Positions 10,493 through 21,102 of a stretch of DNA of 64,000 nucleotides are shown here, piece by piece; position 1 is the first letter of the stretch; the number at the start of each line of letters is the position of its first letter. Origin of the DNA: Chloropicon primus (taxonomy: Eukaryota). Made by a program: the position numbers and the translations under genes. Where the stretch lies: contig CP060767.1 of the NCBI GenBank assembly GCA_023205875.1, forward strand, positions 372,001 to 436,000, in the 5' to 3' direction. The notes below the pieces were generated by a model. That model searched no databases. It saw only the letters and a program-made list of their open reading frames with translations, and had not been told where the DNA came from.

Positions 10493-11261
10493 GGTTAGTT
10501 CATGGTCTCCACAAACGCCTCGGCTCTGGGCTGTCGATTCATGTCCTTGGGATCGAAGCACCTGCGGCAAACCGAGAAAAATTCTCCACAGGAGGCAGAG
10601 GAGAAGGACTCGGGGCCGCAAAATTGAGAGGAACAGCGGCGCGCGAACTCCCTCCTCCTCGGACTCCCCCTCTCAGTAACATCTTACCCCTCATTGCGGA
10701 CGAAAAAACCTGCGAAACAATATTCGACGGAGGTCATGGCGCGCGGAACGAGAATGAGAGCGTCGTCGTCGTCGTCGTCGTTGTCGTCGTTGTTGCTGTT
10801 GTTGCTGCTGCTGGTCGTCCTTGCCTTGGCCACCACCACCGTGCATTGCGCAAGCCCAACAAAGGATGCAGATCCGACAGTCCACGACAACAACCAGCAG
10901 ATGCAACGCTTGAGGGGCTTGCTGGCCTTGAACCTCACTGGGACTCTGGGGTTCACGACGAGCGGCACGGGCAAGGGGTACGACATGGATCCCACCATGG
11001 AGAGCGTGAACACTACCCAGACGGCTTGCACGGGGTACTACTGCACGAACAAGGGTCTGGAGGAGCCCATCCTGAACCAGAAGGCCTCCACCGGGATCGT
11101 GATCACGGGGGGCAAGGACGCCTCGGCCAACGCCCTCGTTTCGACCGCAGACCTCGTGAACGGGGTAACGGACGGCGTGGGATCCGGCATCACTGCGGCG
11201 TACGGGGGCGCCACGGGCCAGGGGGATGGCTCCGTCACCAAGTCCATGGTCACGCACGACG
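10493..11261 (+). repeat. Copy 2 of near-identical duplicated block
   Basis: Matches 8508-9276. Confidence 0.95.
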
Positions 11262-12385
11262 TGACCCTCGGCACGATGACGTTCAACCAGAATGCGAGGC
11301 CCCAGAAGGAGTCGTTGGCAAACGCAAAGATCAACGGCAAGGGTTCGCTCTTCAACGTCGGCGTGACCTCGAACACGATGGACTTCAGCAATGTCACCCT
11401 CGTTCTCACCACCGCAAAGGGTCTGAACTCCAAGACAGAGCTAGAGATCACGTCCGTGGGAAATATCATTCCCAACGACGGGAGGGGTAAGGCGGCCACC
11501 CATGCCATGGTCAACAATGAGAGGGGCCGTGCGCTTGGTTTCGGCGCCCAAAAGAGCAATGAGACCTCCCTGTCTTTGGCGGGGATCATCAAAACGGGGC
11601 CCGGGGACTACTCATTCAACGGCGAGGGTACGTTGAAGACGACGAAGGACGGAACGGAAAGAACGTCTAAGGGGGAGGCGAAGGTCACGGAAAATGAGGT
11701 GGGGCCCGCCGCGGGAATCGGTGGGGCCGCAGCAGCGACCTTCAAGGATTTGAGCTCACCCACAACGGACATGACTCTCGTCGGCATCATTGGCGGGAAC
11801 CTGGGCCTTACCGGAGTCGCACAGGCAAACGGCAAAACCGAAGCGAAAATCAAGGGCAAGAAGCAAACGAGTTTGACGGAGGTGGGAGCCTCCACAGCTT
11901 CGTTAGCACTGCCATACATAGCGGCGGGTGCCACGACTGGGTTTGACAATACTTACGCGGGGTCTGGCGCAGCTACGCTTATCATTGGTGGCGCCAGGTC
12001 CAAGGGATTCGGCCAAAAGAACAAGGGATTGATACTGAACAAGGACAGGGCCAATTCCCGCGCCGGGTTCGGGGGCGTTGGCGTTGCCGGAAACGTTGTG
12101 AAGGGTGGAGAGAGAGATTCTGTCTCTTTTGCAGGCGGAGCTGGATCTGCAACGGGCAGGACCGGACTTGGATCGGAGGGTGGTTTCGGCAGCGGCCTCA
12201 TCGACAGAACCGTTGTCACGGCCGCACTCATCGAGCCCATTCCCAATTTCTCATTCGCAAAAACAGGAAGAGCGGAGTGCACCTCCCCCATACCCTCGCC
12301 CATTTGCGTGAACTACAGAATTGGGAGACGGCTCCTGCTTGACCATGCATCCTCAACGTACGCTTCAAGCTTCGTGGGTATATGA
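10736..12385 (+). CDS. Secreted Gly/Thr/Ala/Ser-rich protein of unknown function, paralogue B
   Basis: Same N-terminus as paralogue A. Shared anchors NARPQKES, SNETSL.LAGIIK, GATTGF.NTYA.SGAA and PIP.NF; C-terminal CTSPIPSPIC then GRRLLL. Confidence 0.8.
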   Translation: MARGTRMRASSSSSSLSSLLLLLLLLVVLALATTTVHCASPTKDADPTVHDNNQQMQRLRGLLALNLTGTLGFTTSGTGKGYDMDPTMESVNTTQTACTGYYCTNKGLEEPILNQKASTGIVITGGKDASANALVSTADLVNGVTDGVGSGITAAYGGATGQGDGSVTKSMVTHDVTLGTMTFNQNARPQKESLANAKINGKGSLFNVGVTSNTMDFSNVTLVLTTAKGLNSKTELEITSVGNIIPNDGRGKAATHAMVNNERGRALGFGAQKSNETSLSLAGIIKTGPGDYSFNGEGTLKTTKDGTERTSKGEAKVTENEVGPAAGIGGAAAATFKDLSSPTTDMTLVGIIGGNLGLTGVAQANGKTEAKIKGKKQTSLTEVGASTASLALPYIAAGATTGFDNTYAGSGAATLIIGGARSKGFGQKNKGLILNKDRANSRAGFGGVGVAGNVVKGGERDSVSFAGGAGSATGRTGLGSEGGFGSGLIDRTVVTAALIEPIPNFSFAKTGRAECTSPIPSPICVNYRIGRRLLLDHASSTYASSFVGI

Positions 12386-12399
12386 ACACAAACAACCAT

Positions 12400-14330
12400 A
12401 AAAAAAAGTAGTTAGTGCATGTTTTACTGAAGAGATGAAGAATAATCACTTGACAAGTCAATCGAAGAAGGAGAAGTTCGTTCCCTGAATGCCATTAAAG
12501 ATTCATCGACTTCTGTGGAAAGTTGCTTACTCTCTCCGCTGCTCACTCTCTCAACTTGATTATCAATGTAAACAAGTCTTTTCATGCCGTCTCAGAGGAA
12601 AGGGACTTAGGCTATGTGCTCTAATAACTGTTAGCTAAATGATTCGTTCGCGTTCAACACAAATCAAACCATTCAATAGTTCTTTATATATTGCTTAACA
12701 TACACAGGAAACATGCTTAGTCTTAGAGTACTTCCTGTAACATATTGTTTCGCAAGGGTCGTACCCATATTCTTGTGGGAAATGCCATAATTTTGGCTAT
12801 TCTTTCTTTGCTTTCCTTAAATCGTCTATATCGATGCTCGGATTCAACCTGGTTCCCTTCATTCAAGAGGAAAGCGTGGCAAGAATCACAACTTTGGTGA
12901 TTACAGAAAATAGAACACTTGCGTTCCTTGCATCACTGCCATCCTGCTCTCTTGCTCTTCTTGTCCATTATTTTTCACGTGAAATAAACAACAAAAAAAA
13001 AATGAAGCATATATTTATGCTTGCGCACGGTAAACCCGGTTGCATATAATTGTTCATCTTCTACGACGAGGAATTACATCCATATTGTACCATGCAATAT
13101 CTTAATGCCTTTACTATATTTTGCTTCCACTCCTAAAAACCTTACTTCATTTTCAACGCAACATGGAAGTTTTTGGTATAATCGAACAACCTGAAAATGT
13201 ATCCGAAATATATATATATCCGCGCTTCATATTTTGCGCTTGATATAAAACATAAAAACCAATGATATATTTTACCTCAATGTTCGTGAACGGCATTGCG
13301 ATAATGCTCACAGCCATAGGTAGTAGAGAATTAATATTATTCTCGACCTCGAGATAGCATGATATGCATGCTCAAAAATACAAAGGATCAAAACGCCGCA
13401 AGCAACTGTTACAAAATGCTTGAACAAAAAATGTTTGCGATCTTAATAGACTGACTTACGTTCTCTGGAGAGTTATACGCTTGCCTCTGACGACGTCGTC
13501 CAGAAAGACCATGAAATTTCATTGTCAAATTAAACACACGGACAAAGTATTTTGTTGACATTGTTTTTGCAAAAGAAACCGTCTTTCCTTGTAAAAATAT
13601 GTAATGTTTTTGACTAACGAATGATATATAATAACATCCTTTCTCTTTGAGCGTTATAGGTGAAGAATAGCGTTTTGAAAAATATAATATTTGTCGTAGG
13701 ATAAGCATGGGCAATGCGTCGAGAAAATATTCAAAATGAAATATTAAATTGCAAGCCAATTCCGAGGAGCACATTCCCTGCGATTGTCATGGTTGAGTAT
13801 CCAGTAATCTGCTGGCGAACTACTACGATATGGATCTGCTGCAGCATATTCAATACAGAAAAAGGTCTTTAAACAAATATTCCGTGGGGGAAGCACTGAA
13901 GTAGAGGTCCAAGGTTATTAATTTTACAATAAACAATGTAGGCTCCGCTCGTGTTTACTTAGATTGATTGTCAGTGCATCGCGTGGATGCCCAAAGCTTG
14001 TGTTTGATCGACGGATGTTGTGTTTACATCTGTGTAAGTTGGCGTTCCGGAAGTAAATGCGTAACCAGACTCCGATTGTTTTTTTTTGGGGGGGGGAGAT
14101 GGGGGAGTAGACATCTTCCATCGTTTCCTGAGCAGGAATGAGCTTGCTCCTCAAAAGATTTTGCCTTTGAAGAGGCGGACTTCCTTCATTTAGTCATGCA
14201 ACAAGTTTTGGCGATTGGCACCACGGGACGGGAGAGCCGTCATTCATTCATTCCTACAGTCTTCTGCAGTTCAACTCATCCACTATTAACTATATAGTTC
14301 GGGAAAGCGAGCCAAGTTTCAATAAAGTTG
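12400..14330. other. AT-rich, apparently gene-free island
   Basis: Hand count of lines 13081 and 13141 gives 19/60 and 20/60 G+C, far below the flanking genes. Only short ORFs without recognisable motifs. Confidence 0.8.
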
Positions 14331-14723
14331 TAATCTTGTTGCAAGATCCACGCCTCAATTTGTTCTTGTCTTCTTATTTTATCTCTGGAATGCGATTAGA
14401 AGGGGCGTCTCGTTGGTTGCTTCGAGCAGGAGGATTGCGCGACAAGCTCTTCAATTGTCGTCCTCCCACCTCGTGCTCGTCTCGTCGTTCTCTTTTTTTC
14501 CTCTTTGACTTTAATTCCATTGACAGGCCAATAGAATCACTTTATCCCCTCTTATCCTTTTAGAGACAGAACAGTGCGCCGAGGACGCCCAGCTTGGTAA
14601 GAAGTGACGCCCGCTCCCTTGCCGAGAGAGAGAGTCGACTGCGGATCGATTTGAGCCCCGGAGCATCCAAGGCATCTGAGCTCGCCAACAACAATTGCAA
14701 CCCACTTCGCGCTCGTGAGCAAC

Positions 14724-15552
14724 ATGTCATCAAAGTCTCTGAAGATGTTGAGAGGAACCACAGAGGCCCTCGGGAGGAGAGCCGTTTGCGTCGGAGGGCG
14801 CGGGGGCGTCATCGGAAGGGGGATTTCGGGCGGACTGAGGCCACGCGCTCCAATGAGCAGAGCGTTTGCGACAGACAAATCGTGCGGACAGTCGGAAGCG
14901 TCCCCTTTGAACTTGGAGGTACGTCGTCGCGTTCATCCATCCATCATTGTGTTCCGGTTCCTGGTGGAGGGTTGCCTCAGAAGTCTCTGACTCCTTATTC
15001 TTCATCTCTCTCTCTCTCGCTCTCTTTCTGTGTGTGCGATTTGTTTCCTCAGAAGTTTTTGCTGGCGTCGAGTGTCATCGCACTCGCTCAACCTGCCCTC
15101 GCGGAGGAGGTAAGTTCCACAAACAGCCAAAGCTCCTCAGGACGAAGCTGTTGGTCGTGTTGATCCCTCTGCCTCTGCGTACCTCGTTCTCTCTTCTGAC
15201 GATGTAATGGTTTGGTTGGTGATGGATCCCGAAGGCCCAAGTTGTGCAGGACGTCACGGAGGCGGCGAAGGAAGTTGCAGACGTTGTGCCCTCTGCAGAC
15301 GTTGTGCCCTCTCCTGAAGTGGTCACGGAAGCGGCAAAGGAAGTAGTGAGCACGATTCCGGCAGAGGAAGCGGCGGACTCTCCGCTGAAGATAGTCTTCC
15401 TCTTCTTGCCACTGATACTCTATGGCGCATTCTATGCGTACAGAAGCATAGACAGGAATGCCAAGATATCTGACTTTGTGTTTTACAGCGTCGCCGCGGT
15501 CGTCGTGGGAAACCTCGTATCCATCATCTTCTTCAAGCAAAGGCTGTTCTAG
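14724..15552 (+). CDS. Small thylakoid membrane protein with bipartite targeting peptide (exons 14724-14918, 15053-15109, ~15235-15552)
   Basis: Transit peptide; GTACGT and GTAAGT donors splice in frame; FLLASSVIALAQPALA|EE lumen-type AxA site; acidic repeats then two hydrophobic helices. The last acceptor could be at 15234 or 15249. Confidence 0.7.
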
Positions 15553-16042
15553 TTTCATTTGGTTATCAGCCCCCTTGGGCTGCTGCTGGCTAACCTTCAA
15601 GAGTAACGTAAGCAGCATGACAACTTTAAAGCACGACCGCCGTGAAGACTGTTTGCACCTGCCACCTCGTCGCTGCTTTGGCCTTGTCCCACGTCAATCA
15701 CTCGACCCAGCAGGGAGAGTGAGAGCCAGAAAACGAAGGAGGACAAGCGTAGCGGTGGACAAGTTGCACCTAAAGCCTTTGCCAACTCCGCCATCCTCCT
15801 CCTTGTGATTCTCTCATCCAAAACCTGGACCTGGACCTCTCCTCTCTCTAGAGAGAGACGAAGAGGCGAAGAGAAGAGACGGAGACAAAGAAAGAGAGGG
15901 GAACAAAGCGCCGTCGGTAGCATGCAGCATATCCCTCTCCACCCTCCGTCATCCTTCATCCCTTCTCTCTCCTGCAAAACCTGCATCATCACATCATCCT
16001 CATCCTCACAGAGAGAGAGAGAGAGAGAGAAGATTCAAGTCG

Positions 16043-18274
16043 ATGAGGAAGTTGGGGATCCGGATGGTGACGGAGGAGGCAGAGGAAGCGGGAGCTTCTT
16101 CTCCCGTCGGCGGAGGAGGCGAGGAGAAGGGCGTCCGCTTCATCCTTCGGGAGAACACATCTACCTCTCATCACGGTTCTCCTTCTCCTTCTCCTTCTTC
16201 TCAATCCGTGTCGAAGCAGAAACGAAGGAGGAGGAGGAGGAAGAAGGAGAAGGGAGGGACGGCGGATACTTTGGCTGGAGTCGTCATGAGGATGGTTTCT
16301 TTGGTGAATGCCGTGCACAGGTTCTGCATCTACCTCATCGTCGACGTTTACATCGGGATTGTGGAAGAGGTGACGAAAAACGTTTGCAGAGAAACGGTGA
16401 GACAGTTCTTACGGTTCACCAACTCCATCCCAGCCTTCTTCGTATCCCTTGTGGATGACAAGTTCTTCTGGAGGAAGATGAGGAGAACGTACAACAGGGG
16501 GCACGGGGTGGAAGGTGCATGGAGACAATTCTGGTCCACGACGAACATGAAGCGCTCTTCCAGCTTCAATGCAATCTTCGAGCTCGAGCACGAGGAGCCC
16601 AAGGGTGAGGAGCCCAAGGGTGAGGGCGGCAAAGGGGCTGCACGGAAGCCGCTGAAGTGTTGTGAGGGATCGGAGGATCGCAGGGGCTTGTGGCCCATAC
16701 CGGAGAGATCAGGAAAGGGATTGATGATGAAGAAGGGAGGGCAGGCGGCAAAGTCGTCGGGGGGGTACGTTCACCAACTGTCCTCGCGCCTCAAGGGACT
16801 GATGGTTGTTCCGGAGAAGCTCATGAGGCAGAACTCGCTCGATCAGTTGCTTTTCCAAAAGCTGGACGTGGACGTGAGCGGCATTGCGGAAGACGTGAGC
16901 GTGAACTCTCAGGTCGCGATCGATACGTACTTCAACTTCATCAAAAGCGTGTGGAGGGTTGTGCTGTTGGACTTTTCCTTCGTCGCCGAGAAGCTTGGAA
17001 TGCATTGGAGCGAGAAGGAAGCCGGCCCAAGTCGGCAGCCCTCCTCCCCGAAGCAAGTGAGCGTCAGGAGGTCCCCCTCTCTGATCATGCTCAAAGCAAG
17101 CATGAAGAAGAAGAAGAGCAAGTTCTCGATCATGGACACGATCACGGACGCGGGGTACCCGATCCACAAGTACGAGGTGGAGACCAAGGATGGGTACCTC
17201 CTAGATCTGTACAGGATTCCTCGGCCGGAGTCCCAGGACGTCGTGATGTTTCAGCACGGCATGATGGACTCCGCGTACGGGTGGGTCCTCAAGGGAGATG
17301 AGAGTGCCATTGCTTTTGCCGCGTACGACAGGGGCTTTGACGTGTTCTTGGCAAACTTCAGAGGTACCCCGCCTCGGAAATGCCGGCCAAGGGTGAAGAA
17401 GTTCTGGATGTACACCTTCAACGAGTTGGGGATGTACGATATGAGGGCAGCGATCGAGAAGATTCATGAGTTGAAGGAGGCCGAGCGAGCCGAGATGGAG
17501 AACAGGAAGGAGGAAGATGCGTTGTCGAGTTCGTACAAGCTCCGTGTTGTGGGACACAGCTTGGGTGGGGCAGCCCTTTTGATCTACCTGGCCGCAGCTC
17601 TGAAGCAGAAAAGGGATCACCACATTCACCGCATGGTTCTCCTGTCGCCTGCCGGAAGGCACGAGCACTCCCTGCCCTTGATGGCTCGGATCCTTTGCCT
17701 CATGGACAGGGTCCTGGGCCCGTCGCTGAAGACGTTGAATTTCGGGATGACAGTGTATGGCTCTGTGATCAGGGTCGGCGCGCAGAAGATGGCAGTGGAT
17801 GTGTCGAGCCTTCCTGGGCTGAAGGGGTTGTTCGATATCCTGTGCAGGATCCTTTTCGGAGGCGACCGAAGCTTCGGCGATGTCCTCGCCCCTTACTGGA
17901 GTCCTTACATTCAGTCCATGCCAGGCTTGTGCTGGGGCATCGTGAGGCACGGCCACCAGATTGTGAACGGAAAGTGCTTTTCGCTGTATAATTATGGCAG
18001 CAGAGCCGAGAACTTGAAGCACTACGGCAGCGCACTTCCGCCAAAGGTGATGGACGCGTATGAGAATGTCAGGAGCGTTCCCATCGACATCTTCGCCGGG
18101 GAGAAGGACGGCGTTTGTCCTCCCAAGAGCGTGTACCTGCAGTACCTCGAATTGGAACGCAGAGGCGTTCCTGTGACTTTCAAGGAGCTCCCGGGTTTCG
18201 GCCATTTGAACTTCATTCACCAACCGAGCGAGGAGTTCACCGATTACCTCTTGTCGAGACTCTCTCTCTCTTAA
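16043..18274 (+). CDS. Alpha/beta-hydrolase lipase (gastric/lysosomal acid lipase-like)
   Basis: GYPIHKYEVETKDGYLLDLYRIP (abhydrolase-associated lipase region), QHGMMDS, nucleophile GHSLG, GEKDG and FGHLNF catalytic D/H. Confidence 0.9.
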   Translation: MRKLGIRMVTEEAEEAGASSPVGGGGEEKGVRFILRENTSTSHHGSPSPSPSSQSVSKQKRRRRRRKKEKGGTADTLAGVVMRMVSLVNAVHRFCIYLIVDVYIGIVEEVTKNVCRETVRQFLRFTNSIPAFFVSLVDDKFFWRKMRRTYNRGHGVEGAWRQFWSTTNMKRSSSFNAIFELEHEEPKGEEPKGEGGKGAARKPLKCCEGSEDRRGLWPIPERSGKGLMMKKGGQAAKSSGGYVHQLSSRLKGLMVVPEKLMRQNSLDQLLFQKLDVDVSGIAEDVSVNSQVAIDTYFNFIKSVWRVVLLDFSFVAEKLGMHWSEKEAGPSRQPSSPKQVSVRRSPSLIMLKASMKKKKSKFSIMDTITDAGYPIHKYEVETKDGYLLDLYRIPRPESQDVVMFQHGMMDSAYGWVLKGDESAIAFAAYDRGFDVFLANFRGTPPRKCRPRVKKFWMYTFNELGMYDMRAAIEKIHELKEAERAEMENRKEEDALSSSYKLRVVGHSLGGAALLIYLAAALKQKRDHHIHRMVLLSPAGRHEHSLPLMARILCLMDRVLGPSLKTLNFGMTVYGSVIRVGAQKMAVDVSSLPGLKGLFDILCRILFGGDRSFGDVLAPYWSPYIQSMPGLCWGIVRHGHQIVNGKCFSLYNYGSRAENLKHYGSALPPKVMDAYENVRSVPIDIFAGEKDGVCPPKSVYLQYLELERRGVPVTFKELPGFGHLNFIHQPSEEFTDYLLSRLSLS

Positions 18275-18362
18275 ACTGTGGAGGTTTGGGGGTTCGTATA
18301 AATTAATGTGTTTCATATGTATACAAGACGTTTTTGTACAAGTATTGGCCCGCGTGGATGGA

Positions 18363-19592
18363 TCAGTCGACTGCCCTTCTGCTAGGACCCCTCGGCCCCG
18401 AAACTCGCCGCACCAGATCCCTGCAAGTTGCCCCGAGCCTCTCCCACGGCCAGGTGGAACATATCCTCCCAAGCAAAGTGGAAATGTTCGACAGCATGGC
18501 GTTCACGCTGTACGCCGGGTGCAAGATCGAGGTCAGGATCTTGAACAATGCCCTCATTCTCTTCCCGTGAGGATATATTTTCGAAAAAGAGTTCCGAGCC
18601 TGAACTCTCACCGCCTTTGGCGCGTAGTACGGACCACCAGGCTGCGACAAGGTGAACAGGACTTCCTGCACCCGGGCAGTCGTCGCCAACGACAGCGTCG
18701 AGAAGGGTATGAGCTCGTGAAGTCTGACGAGAGAAGACAGGTAGGTGATGATGACCCCCTCCACTTTGATCTTCCGCAGGACTCCGGCTATTTCCTTGAG
18801 GAAAAAATCCAAACTCAAGCTCCTCACCGACGCGCTCGCTGGGAAGCTGTACACGGTCTGCGCCACCTTCCTGGGTCCAAAGTAATAGAGAGAGAACCTT
18901 GCCACGAGCTGGGCGCACTCCAGCTGGGCAGAGGAGCTAAGCTTGTCCAGGCCACCGTCTGAGAGAACTACGTCATCACTGAGAAAACCAAAAAGGCTCC
19001 GAAACCTCTTTGCCTCTGTGTGAAGGTCAGACCAAAACAGGTGCCTCATACCCGTCAACAGCACTCTCGTGTACTTGTCCCTCTTCTTCCCTCGATGCCC
19101 CTGGAGCCAAATGCAGCATCACCCAGTCCGTTAGGAGCCAAAGAAAAACGTAATGCCTGCGAAGGAGAACACACTCACCTTTCCGAGGAGGTACTTGTAC
19201 GTTACGAGTGAAAAGCAAAGTGTGGCCTTGGGTGACGACCAGACCCTCTCGAACGTCTGCAAGACGTCGAGCCTCAAATCCTCGTGACATGACACGGAGA
19301 CCTCCTCGGCAATCGCCTCGTAGTAAACCACCTCCCTCCCGATGCGTCCTCCGTCGTCGTCGCGTCCTTCCTTCCATGCAGAACAAGATGGCGAAAGGTT
19401 TTGTGGGTCTCCCGGTTGTTGTCGTTGCTGATGCTGGGAACGGATTTTGGATAAAGCTTTCGTGCTGACTTGTCCGCAGAGGTCTACCAAAAGATGCGTG
19501 AACAAGTTGTCCTTGTCGAGGGAGTCGTCCACCTCCGTCGCCATCCTGAGGTGCCGCAGCACCTCCCTCGTCAGTCGCGACGACTCCTCCAT
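18363..19592 (-). CDS. Conserved hypothetical protein (2 exons; intron 19101-19178)
   Basis: GTGAGT donor at 19178 and CTCCAG acceptor at 19101 fuse the two minus-strand ORFs in frame (KYLLGK|GHRGKKRDKYTRVLLTG). PGGPYYAPKAVR...HP motif near the C-terminus. Confidence 0.65.
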
Positions 19593-19871
19593 CCTCTTTC
19601 TGTTTTTGGGAAGGGAAGGGGAATCCAATCCAGAAAAAACTCATCCAGGAAGAGAGAGAGAGAGGATGTGGATGGATTGATATGGATGATGGATGGATGG
19701 AGAAGGAGAAGGAGGGAGGGATTATCCTCCGCTTTGTCACTCTCTCTCTCCTCTTTTTCCTCTTTCTCGTCTTTCTCCTCTTTTTCCTCCATCCTCTTTC
19801 TGCTTTGGGAGGGAAGGGAAGGGAAGAGGAATCCAATTCAAAGAAAAATCATCCAGGAAGAGAGAGAGAGA
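19585..19871. repeat. Imperfect ~80-bp direct repeat (19585-19662 and 19785-19871)
   Basis: Both copies read tcctccatcctctttctg.ttt..gg.agggaaggg...gaatccaat.c.....aaaa.tcatccaggaagagagagag. Confidence 0.8.
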
Positions 19872-20019
19872 ACGCCAAGCCAAGGAGATCTGTGGAGGTC
19901 TGCGTGGCAATTAATTATTGATCAGCTGCTGCTGCTGCTACTGGTGGCCGCCTGACGGAATAATCAGGAGGTCTGCTTTTAATTCTAGAATCGCACGGCA
20001 GATAAACTCCTTCGCTTTG

Positions 20020-21102
20020 TTACACTTTCTGTTTCCTCTTACCTGTAAGCCTAAGGTGCGCGTCAAGAATTTCAATAGTCTTGCTCTTCGTGTCCTCCAC
20101 GACGTACTCGACGTCGATGCACCCGAGGAGGTGCAGGTGGTAGACCACGGGATCCCTCTTGGCCTCGTCTGACGTCCTCTGGTACACTGATCGTATGTCC
20201 CTGCCGAGAACTTGGTTCAAGAGCCTGACCAGGTCGCCGAAATCATTGTACAGCTCCTTCAGAGTGCCTGCCTGGTCTCCACTCTTTCCGAGATTGTCCC
20301 AGCAAAACCGCAGCTTTCTCATGGCCTTGTCCGTGATGACCACGCTCGAGATGTGCAGGGGCTCGTGCTCCACCGCCCTGCCAACCCAAGCAGGTGTCGC
20401 GGCGGATTCGATCACGTCACAGAAAGGCACGTACGGCTTGATGTCGAGCACAGGAGAGCCGTCCACGAGGTCCAAGCCAGACACGATGAGGCACTTGTCC
20501 TGGACCGAATCGATCTTCGCCGAGCTCAAACCAATCGCATTCGGCCGGTGAGGACTCCGCGTCGCCAGCACCCCGACTCGCCCCCCGTCGAGCCTCGGCA
20601 CCTGAACCTTGCCCTTCATTCGCTCCCACTCCGTCCCAAGGTTCGTGTTCTCGTGGAAGATATAAAGTATCCAGCAGTGGCTGTACCCCTGCAGCCCGCT
20701 CATGATGTCCTTTGGAAGCTTTGTCTTGAGCTTGAGCAGCCCCTTCGCCGCTGGAACAAGATGGGGCTGGCGAGGCGTCCCACTCCTCCGACTGAAGCAG
20801 GTCCTCATGTAACCAATTGGCCTCATGGGGTAGGACTCATCCGCTTCACTCGATCCCAACGCAGATGCTGCTGCCTCCCCTTTGGCCACCTCAACACTCC
20901 CTCCGGTGCCCTGAAACTTTTTCCTCAACTGCCTCAGCTTCTTCTCCGCTTCTGTCCTTCCCCTCCGTTCAGCAGCTCTCAACTCCTCGCAGTGCTCGAG
21001 CTCCGTTCTCAGCTCCCGGCATCGATACATCAGGTACGCCACCGACACTCCGCACCCCACGAATGCCGCCATCGCTCCAGCTGCGCCCAACCCTCCAGCC
21101 AT
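20020..21102 (-). CDS. TRMO: tRNA (t6A37-N6)-methyltransferase TrmO/TsaA family
   Basis: MRPIG...GTPRQP, YSHCWILYIFHEN, GVLATRSPHRPNAIGLS, GLDLVDGSPVLDIKPY; N-terminal TM plus coiled coil. Confidence 0.92.
   Translation of the reverse strand: MAGGLGAAGAMAAFVGCGVSVAYLMYRCRELRTELEHCEELRAAERRGRTEAEKKLRQLRKKFQGTGGSVEVAKGEAAASALGSSEADESYPMRPIGYMRTCFSRRSGTPRQPHLVPAAKGLLKLKTKLPKDIMSGLQGYSHCWILYIFHENTNLGTEWERMKGKVQVPRLDGGRVGVLATRSPHRPNAIGLSSAKIDSVQDKCLIVSGLDLVDGSPVLDIKPYVPFCDVIESAATPAWVGRAVEHEPLHISSVVITDKAMRKLRFCWDNLGKSGDQAGTLKELYNDFGDLVRLLNQVLGRDIRSVYQRTSDEAKRDPVVYHLHLLGCIDVEYVVEDTKSKTIEILDAHLRLTGKRKQKV

Noticed and set aside
12723..12968. Minus-strand reading MDKKSKRAGWQ*CKERKCSIFCNHQSCDSCH..., resembling a broken zinc finger or a Sec-containing ORF
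   Set aside because: Short, interrupted, spacing fits no finger I can name, and no SECIS is evident; compatible with chance.
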